Both the position numbers and the translations under genes were made by a program. Of a stretch of 64,000 bases of DNA, positions 17,784 through 26,319 are shown in pieces. The stretch's first letter is position 1; each line of letters opens with the position of its first letter. The stretch spans positions 104,488 through 168,487 of the forward strand of contig JAFTRE010000032.1 of the NCBI GenBank assembly GCA_017462385.1, given 5' to 3'. This DNA comes from Clostridia bacterium. Its GTDB lineage: Bacteria; Bacillota; Clostridia; Oscillospirales; CAG-272. The notes under the pieces are model-generated. The model saw only the letters and a program-made list of their open reading frames with translations. It ran no database searches and was not told where the DNA came from.

Positions 17784-18060
17784 TTGCGGCCTCTATCTCG
17801 CGCTCCATGGCGTCGTAAAGTTCGTCGGGGATGCTGACTCCGAGGCTGTGCTCGATGCGGCGGCTCTTTCTTGCCTTGCGGAAGCATTTTATGTCGCAGC
17901 AAATGTAAGCTCCCCGCCCCGACACCTTGCCGACAAAGTCAAGCTCAAGGCTGCCGTCCGGCCGTCTTACCACGCGCATCAGCTCGCGCTTGGGGCGATG
18001 CTCGTTACAGCCGAGGCACTGACGCTCGGGTATTTTTCTTTTTTTCTGCGGCTGCTCCAC
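17770..18060 (-). CDS. rnpM: YlxR/RnpM (DUF448) RNA-binding protein
   Basis: 96 aa with RQCLGCNEHRPKRELMRVV...GRGAYIC, the typical YlxR core, located downstream of nusA. Confidence 0.85.
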   Translation of the reverse strand: MEQPQKKRKIPERQCLGCNEHRPKRELMRVVRRPDGSLELDFVGKVSGRGAYICCDIKCFRKARKSRRIEHSLGVSIPDELYDAMEREIEAANECE

Positions 18061-18078
18061 GGCACACCTCCGAATATG

Positions 18079-19098
18079 TTAAGCTTTGATATCTATCTTA
18101 AGACCCGTAAGTCTTGCGGCAAGGCGGGCATTCTGACCCTCTTTGCCGATCGCCAGCGAAAGCTGGTCGGGGTCGACGTTGACGCGGCAGGATCTCTCGG
18201 CTATCATTTCAACCGAATTGACTGTCGCGGGAGCAAGCGCCGCCGAAACAAATTCCGCCGCCGACTCGCTGTAAGGAACTATGTCTATCTTCTCGCCGCG
18301 CAGCTCCTCAACAATACCGGTGATTCTGATGCCGTGCGCACCGATGCAAGCGCCGACTGCGTCGACATCGGGCTCGCGGGACATTACCGCAATCTTGGTT
18401 CTCGAGCCCGCTTCGCGAGCCACGCTTTTAACAATAACGATGCCGTCCGTGATCTCGGGGATCTCCAGCTCGAACATACGGCGCACAAGTCCGGGATGTA
18501 TGCGGGACAGTGTGACCAGCGGGCCTCTTGATTCCTTGTTGACCTCTGTGATGAACACCTTGATCTTATCGCCGACATTCAGCACCTCGCCGGGTATCTG
18601 CTCGCTCTTGAGCAGTGTGGCAAAGCCGGTTCCCGTTTCAAGCAGTGCGTTTCCGCTGACGGGATCCACCTTGCTGACGGTCGCGGTTATGATCTCCTCG
18701 CGCTTGCTTTCGTAAGCGCTTCTCATGACCTGTCTCTCGCCCTCGCGGATGCCCTGAATTATGACCGACTTCGCGGCGGCAGCGCTAAGGCGGCGGAAGT
18801 TTTTGGTCTTGACCTCGGTCTCGATGACCTTGCCGACGGTATGGCGCTTACTGATGGCCCTTGCGTCCTCCAGAGATATCTCTGTCTGGGGATCGGTGAC
18901 CTCCTCAACGACTGTCTTGCACTGATAAACGCGCACATCCTCTTTGTCGGAATCAATGACGATGCGGACGCTTTCGTTTCCGTACTCCTTTTTATAAGCC
19001 GAAACGAGAGCTGCCTGTATCTTTTCGATCATATACTCCTTCGGAATGCCCTTTTCCTTTTCGAGCAGCTCGAGTGCCGCGAAAAACTCCTTGTTCAT
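18079..19098 (-). CDS. nusA: transcription termination/antitermination factor NusA
   Basis: 339 aa with S1 and KH domains (IGACIGAHGIRI, AIGKEGQNARLAARL), located between rimP and ylxR. Confidence 0.95.
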   Translation of the reverse strand: MNKEFFAALELLEKEKGIPKEYMIEKIQAALVSAYKKEYGNESVRIVIDSDKEDVRVYQCKTVVEEVTDPQTEISLEDARAISKRHTVGKVIETEVKTKNFRRLSAAAAKSVIIQGIREGERQVMRSAYESKREEIITATVSKVDPVSGNALLETGTGFATLLKSEQIPGEVLNVGDKIKVFITEVNKESRGPLVTLSRIHPGLVRRMFELEIPEITDGIVIVKSVAREAGSRTKIAVMSREPDVDAVGACIGAHGIRITGIVEELRGEKIDIVPYSESAAEFVSAALAPATVNSVEMIAERSCRVNVDPDQLSLAIGKEGQNARLAARLTGLKIDIKA

Positions 19099-19177
19099 GA
19101 CGGATCAATTTCCTTTCAAAATATCTTGTTCGTTTTATTTTAAATTGGGATAAATGTTATATTTGAGCGCGGGTGGA

Positions 19178-19654
19178 TCAGTCTCCGAAATCGAAGACGG
19201 TCTTTATTTTCGACGCGGCGGTGCGGGCGACCTTTACTGTCTCTCCGTCAGGTGTGTCGATGACGATATCGCCGCCGTCAAGTCCTGCCAGCTTGCCGCG
19301 CAATGACTTGCGTCCCCTCTCGTCGGGGGCGAACAGCCGCACCTCGATCTCCTCGCCGACGCAGGCGGCGAAATGAACGTCGTATTTCAGCTCGCGCTCG
19401 ACTCCGGGCGAGCTGACCTCGAGGTAATATGCGGTATCGATGGGGTCTGCCTCGTCAAGCAGGGGGTCGATGGTGCGGTGAAACGCCTCGCAGTCATCGA
19501 TATTGATGCCCTCGGGCTTATCTATCGTGATGCGCAGTATGCGGCGGGCGCCCTCGCGGACGAATTCGACGTCCCAAAGCGAATATCCCATGTTATCGGC
19601 AACGGGCGTGAGCAGCTCGCGCACGGTACCGGCTATATTTTTTTGATTTGCCAT
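19178..19654 (-). CDS. rimP: ribosome maturation factor RimP
   Basis: LEVSSPGVEREL motif. The start was moved to ATG 19654 (GGAGA SD); the track ORF extends to 19720. Confidence 0.9.
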   Translation of the reverse strand: MANQKNIAGTVRELLTPVADNMGYSLWDVEFVREGARRILRITIDKPEGINIDDCEAFHRTIDPLLDEADPIDTAYYLEVSSPGVERELKYDVHFAACVGEEIEVRLFAPDERGRKSLRGKLAGLDGGDIVIDTPDGETVKVARTAASKIKTVFDFGD

Positions 19655-19850
19655 TTTTATCTCCATTTCGCCGCTTTGCGGCGGCACCAATATAATCAAT
19701 GAATTTTGCCCCTCGAGCAAAATTCGTGCGTGAAAAAGTGTACTTTACTATTAAACAGAAGTAACTTTCACGCTAAATATTCCTTTTTTCAACAATTAAG
19801 AGTGGGTCGTTTGACCCACTCTTACATCGTAATCTTCATAGTTCATGTAC
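19655..19850 (-). promoter_or_regulatory. structured 5' leader of the rimP-nusA-infB operon, with promoter
   Basis: Minus strand: TTGCAA, 17 nt, TATACT near 19850-19880. Three hairpins follow: AAGAGTGGGTC..GACCCACTCTT at 19798-19824, CGTGAAAGT..ACTTTTTCACG, and a perfect 9-bp GAATTTTGC..GCAAAATTC. GCCGC-aaa-GCGGC sits next to the SD. This may correspond to a rimP-leader type element, but I did not verify that. Confidence 0.35.
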
Positions 19851-19934
19851 AGTATACCACATTTATTTTATAATTGCAATAGTTTTTTGATATTTTTTTG
19901 AAATTTTAATGAATTTTTTGTTCAAAGCAGGTTG

Positions 19935-20152
19935 CAAAGCCTTCTCCTTGAGGAGAAGGTGGCGCCGAGCAAAGCGAGGTGACGGATGAGGTGTAGCCGC
20001 GATAGCGGCGTTATAATTTAATAATACTAACAAACGGATGCTCCGCATCCTACACCTCATCAGTCACCGCGCGCCGCGCTTGCGCTTGCTTGCGGTGACA
20101 GCTTCCCCTCAAGGGGAAGCCTATTTATGGTGACGTTCTCCCGCCCTACGGA
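19935..20152. repeat. family A modules arranged head-to-head (inverted pair)
   Basis: 20033-20152 is about 96-97 percent identical to the reverse complement of 45190-45302. 19937-20015 is a diverged copy of the same module in the opposite orientation. Confidence 0.8.
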
Positions 20153-20182
20153 CAACATAATATCGCAATCTCGCAACAACGG

Positions 20183-20401
20183 TCAATATAATTTTCTCGG
20201 TGTATCGGTAAGCCCTGCGAGGTAATCGAGCGAGACGTTATAATATTTTGCCAAGGTCACAAAATGATGCATGGGCATTTCTCGCGTGCCCCGTTCATAA
20301 AGGGAATATTGCGGTCTTGTTATATTCAAAATTTGAGCTATTTCGGCCTGTGTTTTATCGTTATCTTCACGGAGGTCACAAAGACGTTGGTAGTAATGCA
20401 T
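20183..20401 (-). CDS. XRE-family helix-turn-helix transcriptional regulator
   Basis: 72 aa. LREDNDKTQAEIAQILNITRPQYSLYERGTREMPMHHFVTLAKYYNVSLDYLAG is a classic HTH_3. I chose the ATG 9 nt after AAGGAG (the track start is a TTG abutting the SD). Confidence 0.8.
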   Translation of the reverse strand: MHYYQRLCDLREDNDKTQAEIAQILNITRPQYSLYERGTREMPMHHFVTLAKYYNVSLDYLAGLTDTPRKLY

Positions 20402-20435
20402 AAAATTCAACTCCTTACGGCTGCATCAAATTTGT

Positions 20436-20451
20436 GTATTCAAACGAATAC
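20436..20451. promoter_or_regulatory. operator O1, perfect palindrome GTATTCaaacGAATAC
   Basis: Lies immediately downstream of the minus-strand extended -10 element (TGATACAAT, 20457-20465) of the xre gene, covering the likely TSS. Confidence 0.6.
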
Positions 20452-20491
20452 ATTGTATTGTATCACAAAAATCCCGTTCACCTATTGATTT

Positions 20492-20507
20492 GTATTCAAA
20501 CGAATAC
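20492..20507. promoter_or_regulatory. operator O2, identical palindrome GTATTCaaacGAATAC
   Basis: Occupies the 17-nt spacer of a plus-strand promoter: TTGATT (20486-20491) and TAAAAT (20508-20513). Confidence 0.6.
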
Positions 20508-20517
20508 TAAAATATAT

Positions 20518-20533
20518 GTATCCGAACGAATAC
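20518..20533. promoter_or_regulatory. operator O3, GTATCCgaacGAATAC (one half-site mismatch)
   Basis: Lies just downstream of the plus-strand -10 element, at about +1 to +15. Confidence 0.55.
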
Positions 20534-20619
20534 AAAGGGGTGAAAAAATGATTTCTACATAAAAAACCTTGAAACGAGCCCCCTACGCACGGCTCCGTTT
20601 TGCTGCGACAGTGCCCCAC

Positions 20620-20646
20620 GCCCGCCTTTCGGCGGGCAATTTTCTT
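20620..20646 (+). terminator. intrinsic terminator ending the short operator-controlled plus-strand transcript
   Basis: GCCCGCC-tttc-GGCGGGC followed by AATTTTCTT. Confidence 0.6.
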
Positions 20647-20687
20647 ATCATATTCCCCGCACCGTCACAAATCCTTCAATTAGAGTG

Positions 20688-20716
20688 TTTACAAATACAC
20701 AAAGTTATGATATAAT
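20688..20716 (+). promoter_or_regulatory. promoter candidate for gdpP-rplI-dnaB
   Basis: TTTACA (20688-20693), a 17-nt spacer, then TATAAT (20711-20716). Confidence 0.5.
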
Positions 20717-20782
20717 ATTATAATAGTATAATGTTGTAATTTTGAAGACCGATATATTTCTCCGCCGGAAAGGAGGCACACC

Positions 20783-22849
20783 TTGAAAAAGAACAACTCT
20801 CCGTCGCGCCTGGACGTGCGCATACCGCTGACCGTTTGTGTACTTATCGGAATATTCATGCTCGCGCTTTATACGGTGCTCAGCTCCATGACCGACTTCC
20901 CTCCTCTCATACTCGGCATCGTGCTGACAGCGCTTTATGTCTATGTCGCCATTTTCGGCTTTGTTGCCGTCAAGAACCGCACAAAAAGAGCGGAGCAGGA
21001 AATAGCGCGCGCCAATGATTTTAACAAAGAGCTTTCCCAGATGTTCAACGAAACCGTTGACCTGCCCTACGCCGTTGTAGACCCCGACGGAACCATTGCC
21101 ATAACCAACTCGGCGCTATCCGACCTTTTGGGTCAAAAGCTTTCGGGTGCGGCACGCATCGAGGACTTTTGCTCGGCTACCGCCGGCGAGATAATCAAGG
21201 CAAGCGAGCCGGCAGGTCAGCTGTCGCTCAGCCTTGACCACCGCCACACCACCCCCGTCATCCCCGGCGAGGGACTGCGGGTCAGCATTCGCCGCCGCCG
21301 CTTCACCGCCCTGAGCTATCCGATGGCGGTCCGTGGCAAAGACTGTCACCTCATTGTTTTCACTGAAATAACCGAGCTTGTGGCTCTCGAGGACAAAATG
21401 AAGCGGGAAAATCCCGTCGTCGCCTTTATCGTCATAGATAACCTCGAGGAGCTGGCTCAATACGTCCGCGTCAGCTACCGCGCCGCGGCTAACGAGATCG
21501 AAGCCATACTCAAAAAATGGGCTACCGAAATGAACGGTATCATCCGCGAATACGACCGCGACAAATATGTTTTGTTTATTTCCCAGGAAAAGCTGGAGGA
21601 ATGCGTCAAAAACAAGTTTGAGATACTTGACACTGTACGCGATGTGCGTCTGGGTGACGACAATATGTCCGTCACGGTTTCGATGGGTATTTTCGCGGGC
21701 ACAGGCACGCTTGCCGAGCGCGAATCGGAGGCGTCCACCGCGCTTGAGCTTGCGCTCGGACGCGGCGGCGACCAGGTTGCACTGCGCCGCGGCGGCGACA
21801 CCGAATATTTCGGCGGCAGAAGCAAAAGCATACAAAAGCGCACCCGTGTTCGTTCGCGCGTCAATGCTAATGTGCTGTGCAACAAGATCGCGGAGTCGTC
21901 AAATATCATCGTTATGGGACATAAAAACCCCGATTTCGACTGCATAGGCTCGTGTATCGGTATAGCGCGGCTCGCCATGTACTGCGGCGTGCCCGTTAAG
22001 ATAGTTTCTGATCTCAAGAGCGAGAGCCTTGCCGTTGTGCTCAAGCGCCTTTCGCGCTACGAGGAATACCGCGATATGTTTATTGACGCGCTGGCAGGGC
22101 TTGACCTTGTCCGTCCCGACACGCTACTCATTATTTGCGACGCCAACAACTTCAAGATAATCGAAGCGCCCGAGATCGCCGACAATGTCGACCGCATCGC
22201 CATCATCGACCACCACCGCCAGACAGCCAAGTTTGATTTTGAACCGCTTGTAAACTATATAGACCCCGCCGCCTCCTCCGCCTGCGAGCTTGTCTCGGAG
22301 GTGCTGGAGCAAAGCATGCCGAACGGAACGTTGCTCAAGGACGAAGCGACCGCCATGCTTGCGGGCATCATGCTTGACACCAAGCATTTTTCAAAAGAGA
22401 CGGGCACTCGCACATTCTCCGCGGCGCTTTATCTGCAAAACGAGGGTGCAAAACCCGATCAGGCGCGCGCCTTCTTTGACGAAAACATCGACGAATTTCT
22501 CGCCGAAGCTAAATTCAGCAACGATATTGAAATTTATCGCGACAAGATCGCCATAACCCGCAGCGACGGCACCGGCTTTGAGGAATACGACCGCACTGCG
22601 GCGTCCAAAGCGGCGGATAAGCTGCTGGCGGTACGTCAGGTCGAGGCGGCATTCGCCCTCGTCCGCACAGGTAACACAATACGCATATCGGCCCGCTCCT
22701 CGGGTAAAATAAATGTTCAGCTCATTCTCGAGCAGCTCGGCGGCGGCGGCCACTTCGAGGCCGCCGGCGCACAGCTCGACGGTGCAATGGATAAGGTGTA
22801 CGAGGTGCTGACCGAGGCGATTGACAAATATTTAAACGAGATCAAATGA
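20783..22849 (+). CDS. gdpP: GdpP-type cyclic-di-AMP phosphodiesterase (2 TM, PAS-like, degenerate GGDEF, DHH/DHHA1)
   Basis: 688 aa with a TTG start after GGAAAGGAGG. It has two N-terminal TM helices, the DHH motif (IAIIDHHR) and the DHHA1 motif GGGGH. The gdpP-rplI-dnaB order is conserved. Confidence 0.85.
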   Translation: MKKNNSPSRLDVRIPLTVCVLIGIFMLALYTVLSSMTDFPPLILGIVLTALYVYVAIFGFVAVKNRTKRAEQEIARANDFNKELSQMFNETVDLPYAVVDPDGTIAITNSALSDLLGQKLSGAARIEDFCSATAGEIIKASEPAGQLSLSLDHRHTTPVIPGEGLRVSIRRRRFTALSYPMAVRGKDCHLIVFTEITELVALEDKMKRENPVVAFIVIDNLEELAQYVRVSYRAAANEIEAILKKWATEMNGIIREYDRDKYVLFISQEKLEECVKNKFEILDTVRDVRLGDDNMSVTVSMGIFAGTGTLAERESEASTALELALGRGGDQVALRRGGDTEYFGGRSKSIQKRTRVRSRVNANVLCNKIAESSNIIVMGHKNPDFDCIGSCIGIARLAMYCGVPVKIVSDLKSESLAVVLKRLSRYEEYRDMFIDALAGLDLVRPDTLLIICDANNFKIIEAPEIADNVDRIAIIDHHRQTAKFDFEPLVNYIDPAASSACELVSEVLEQSMPNGTLLKDEATAMLAGIMLDTKHFSKETGTRTFSAALYLQNEGAKPDQARAFFDENIDEFLAEAKFSNDIEIYRDKIAITRSDGTGFEEYDRTAASKAADKLLAVRQVEAAFALVRTGNTIRISARSSGKINVQLILEQLGGGGHFEAAGAQLDGAMDKVYEVLTEAIDKYLNEIK

Positions 22850-22870
22850 CATAGAAAGGATTTTTCCATC

Positions 22871-23317
22871 ATGCAAGTAATTTTAACCTCCGACGTTAAG
22901 GGCCAGGGCAAAAAGGATCAGATAATCAACGTATCCGACGGCTACGCCCGCAACTTTCTCTTCCCCAAGGGACTCGCTATTCCCGCCGACAAAAAGGCGA
23001 TCGCAGATATTAAGAACCGCGAAGCTTCGCGTCAGCACAAAATAGAGCTGGAGCGCGCCGAGGCTCAGGCAATCGCGGATAAGCTCGCAGGCATTTTGGT
23101 CAAGGTCAAAATGGGGGCGGGTGCCGACGGCAGACTTTACGGCTCGGTCACAGCAAAGGACGTTGCCGAGGCTCTTGAGCGCGACCACAAAATAGTTGTC
23201 GACCGCCGCAAGATCAACATTGCCGAGCCCATCAAGGCGTACGGCAACTACACACTCGACATCAAGCTTTATACCGACGTGACGGGCAAGATCAATCTGC
23301 TCGTCTGCCAGAACTGA
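22871..23317 (+). CDS. rplI: 50S ribosomal protein L9
   Basis: [36 protein letters not shown] is the canonical L9 N-terminus. Confidence 0.95.
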   Translation: MQVILTSDVKGQGKKDQIINVSDGYARNFLFPKGLAIPADKKAIADIKNREASRQHKIELERAEAQAIADKLAGILVKVKMGAGADGRLYGSVTAKDVAEALERDHKIVVDRRKINIAEPIKAYGNYTLDIKLYTDVTGKINLLVCQN

Positions 23318-23321
23318 TAAA

Positions 23322-24668
23322 ATGAACGAGGAACTTGTCCGCAAGCTTCCCTTTTCCTTGCTTGCAGAGCAGTCGCTGCTGGGCGCTATCATGATAGACC
23401 CTGAGTCTATCCGCGAGGTTGCAGACCTCATCAGCTCGGACGACTTTTACATCGAGGAGCATAAGCAGATATATCTCGCCATGCACGAGATGTTTCTGAC
23501 CGACAACGACATCGACCTTGTAACTCTTGTCGACACCTTGGTGCGCAAGGGCATTTACGACAAGTCGGGAGGTGAGGACTACATCCACACCATCGGCGAG
23601 GTAGTGCCCGGCTCGCACAACATCAAGGACTATGCCCGAATAGTCAAGGAAAAAAGCATACTGCGCCAGCTTATCGCCGCCTGCGGCGATATCTCGGAGA
23701 CGGCGTATTCCGAGCAGGAGGCCGTCACGCATATAATCGACAACGCCCAAAACCGCATTTTCGCCATCGCGCAAGGGCGCGACACGCGCGGCTTCCGCCA
23801 CATTCGCGATGTGCTGGGCGAGGTATATTCAAGTCTTAACAAGCTTTACGAGGGCGACACCTCGGCGCTTGGCACACCCACCGGCTTTTCGGGCGTCGAC
23901 ACTGTGCTCGCGGGCATGGGTAAGGGTGACCTGATACTGGTCGGCGCACGCCCCGGTATGGGCAAGACCAGCTTTGTGCTCAACATTGCTACCAATGTTG
24001 CCGAAAAGACCAAAAAGGCAGTTGCTGTTTTCTCGCTTGAGATGCCCGCCGAGCAGCTTGTCACCCGAATGCTGGCAAGCGAGGCGATGGTGGACAGCTA
24101 CACACTGCGCACCGGCAAGCTGACCCCCGACGATTGGACCAAAATCGCCGAGGCGTCCGGCAGGCTGGCAGGCATCGACCTGCTCATCGACGACTCTACC
24201 GGCATGACAGCCACCGCTATGAAGGCAAAGCTGCGCCGCGTCAACAATCTCGGACTTGTCATTATCGACTATCTTCAGCTCATGCAGGGCGAGCGGCATC
24301 AGGACAACAAGGTTCAGGAGGTCGCCGAGATCACCCGAAACATGAAGATAATGGCAAAGGAGCTGGGAGTTCCCGTCATTTGCTGTGCACAGCTCAACCG
24401 TGCCACCGACTCGCGCACCGACAAGCGACCAGTGCTTTCTGACCTGCGTGATTCGGGTTCTATCGAGCAGGACGCCGACACGGTTATGTTTTTGTACCGC
24501 GACGAGTATTATAAAACGGACAAAGCCCCCGGCGAGGCAGAAAGTCAGATCGTCGAGGTAATAATCGCCAAAAACCGACACGGCTCGACAGGCTCGGTCA
24601 AAATGGGCTGGGTAGGTAAATATACTCTGTTCCGTTCCATCGCAAATGATGACTCTCTGCCACAATAA
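23322..24668 (+). CDS. dnaB: replicative DNA helicase
   Basis: 448 aa with the N-terminal AEQSLLGAIMIDPE, Walker A GARPGMGKTSF, and IIDYLQLM. Confidence 0.95.
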   Translation: MNEELVRKLPFSLLAEQSLLGAIMIDPESIREVADLISSDDFYIEEHKQIYLAMHEMFLTDNDIDLVTLVDTLVRKGIYDKSGGEDYIHTIGEVVPGSHNIKDYARIVKEKSILRQLIAACGDISETAYSEQEAVTHIIDNAQNRIFAIAQGRDTRGFRHIRDVLGEVYSSLNKLYEGDTSALGTPTGFSGVDTVLAGMGKGDLILVGARPGMGKTSFVLNIATNVAEKTKKAVAVFSLEMPAEQLVTRMLASEAMVDSYTLRTGKLTPDDWTKIAEASGRLAGIDLLIDDSTGMTATAMKAKLRRVNNLGLVIIDYLQLMQGERHQDNKVQEVAEITRNMKIMAKELGVPVICCAQLNRATDSRTDKRPVLSDLRDSGSIEQDADTVMFLYRDEYYKTDKAPGEAESQIVEVIIAKNRHGSTGSVKMGWVGKYTLFRSIANDDSLPQ

Positions 24669-24703
24669 GTGTATAAAATATATAGGATAGTAGGGGACCG
24701 ATA

Positions 24704-25699
24704 ATGATAAATAAGTTATTAACCCCACCTCACGAATTGTCGCGCATGGCAAAGCATACTCCCATCCTGCTCGCCCTCTCGGGCGGGGCGGATTCGCGCG
24801 CGCTGCTGCATCTGCTCTCCCTCTACTGCCGCGAGAGCGGCGCGCCGCTTTATGCCGCGCACGTCGATCACATGATACGCGGCGATGATGCCGCGCGCGA
24901 CAGAGAATTTTGCCAAGAGCTTTGCAAAAGCTACGGCGTAGAGTGCTTTGTCCTGCAGTGCGACGTTCCCGCTCGCGCCCGCGAGACGGGGCTCGGGCTT
25001 GAAGAGACAGCACGACAGGTCAGGTACGAATTTTTCGAGTCGCTGATGCGCGAGAAAAATATTCCCATTCTCGCCACAGCTCACAACGCCGACGACGCGC
25101 TCGAAACGCTGATATTTAATATCTCCCGCGGCTGCGGTCTGCGCGGCATTTGCTCGATACCCGAGACGCGTCCTTTTGCGGAGGGCATTCTCATCCGTCC
25201 CCTGCTGAGGACATCCAAAGCCGACATCGTAAGCTTTTGCGAGCAAAACAAGCTTATCTTTGTCACCGACGGCACTAACGCCGACGACACATATTCCCGC
25301 AATTATATAAGACTTCACATCATCCCCGAGCTAAAGCAGCTCAATGCGGGCGTGCTAAAAAACGTCGCCCGTCTTTACGGCGCGGCGCGGCAGGATCTCG
25401 ACTATATCGAGAGCGAGGTCGAAAAATACTTTTCCCGCGAGGGCGAAAATGCCAATTCGCTCGCGTCGCTCCGCACGCTTCACCCCGCACTGCTCTGCCG
25501 AGTCCTCGGCGAGCTTTATTCCAGGGCATCGGGCGGCGGCAAAGTAGCCGAGCAGGTACATATAAATGCACTTCTCGAGCTGGTCGAGCGCGGCGTAGGT
25601 AACTCGTCCGTCTCACTCCCCTGCCTTATCCGAGCACAAATTAAAAACAAAAGGCTTATTTTTGTTCCAGACCCGCGAAAAAATTTCAGGCATCTTTAA
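24704..25699 (+). CDS. tilS: tRNA(Ile)-lysidine synthetase
   Basis: PP-loop LALSGGADS, with the conserved tilS-hpt-ftsH order. Confidence 0.9.
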   Translation: MINKLLTPPHELSRMAKHTPILLALSGGADSRALLHLLSLYCRESGAPLYAAHVDHMIRGDDAARDREFCQELCKSYGVECFVLQCDVPARARETGLGLEETARQVRYEFFESLMREKNIPILATAHNADDALETLIFNISRGCGLRGICSIPETRPFAEGILIRPLLRTSKADIVSFCEQNKLIFVTDGTNADDTYSRNYIRLHIIPELKQLNAGVLKNVARLYGAARQDLDYIESEVEKYFSREGENANSLASLRTLHPALLCRVLGELYSRASGGGKVAEQVHINALLELVERGVGNSSVSLPCLIRAQIKNKRLIFVPDPRKNFRHL

Positions 25700-25746
25700 T
25701 ACAACACGGAAATCAATAAAGTATATATATAAATGAAAGGAACATC

Positions 25747-26289
25747 ATGAACAAAGACATAAAAACAATTCTGCTCAGCGAGAAGCAGATAGACGACATC
25801 GTAACCCGTCTCGCAGCCGACATCGATCGCGACTACGCCGACAAGCGCCTCGTGCTGGTCTCCATACTTAAGGGATCGGTCATGTTCACCGCCGCACTGA
25901 TGGGCAAGATACAGACCAACGCCGAGATCGAATTCATGAAGGTGTCGTCCTACGGCTCACAAACCAAAAGCACGGGTTGTATCAGCGTGCTTCTTGACCT
26001 CAAGCGCGAGGATCTCGCCGAGCTTGACCTGCTTATCGTCGAGGACATCGTAGACTCGGGCAGAACGCTCAATCTTCTGACAGGTCTGCTTCGCGAGCGC
26101 GGAGCCAAGAGCGTGCGCACCGTTACCATGCTCGACAAGCCCGAGCGTCGTGAGGTCAGCTTTACCCCCGATTACATAGGCGCCGAGATCCCCGATGAGT
26201 TCGTCGTCGGCTTTGGTCTCGACTATGACGAAAAATATCGCAACCTGCCCTATGTCGGTGTGCTTCACCCCGATGTCTATACCAAATAA
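25747..26289 (+). CDS. hpt: hypoxanthine phosphoribosyltransferase
   Basis: 180 aa with the PRPP-binding motif LLIVEDIVDSGRTL. Confidence 0.9.
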   Translation: MNKDIKTILLSEKQIDDIVTRLAADIDRDYADKRLVLVSILKGSVMFTAALMGKIQTNAEIEFMKVSSYGSQTKSTGCISVLLDLKREDLAELDLLIVEDIVDSGRTLNLLTGLLRERGAKSVRTVTMLDKPERREVSFTPDYIGAEIPDEFVVGFGLDYDEKYRNLPYVGVLHPDVYTK

Positions 26290-26319
26290 CTGTACGTAAT
26301 ATACACAAAGAGGAGTCCC

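Noticed and set aside
20548-20562. A 4-codon mini-ORF (MIST) with a good SD downstream of operator O3.
   Set aside because: It is too short to call as a gene. It is mentioned only as part of the XRE-switch finding.
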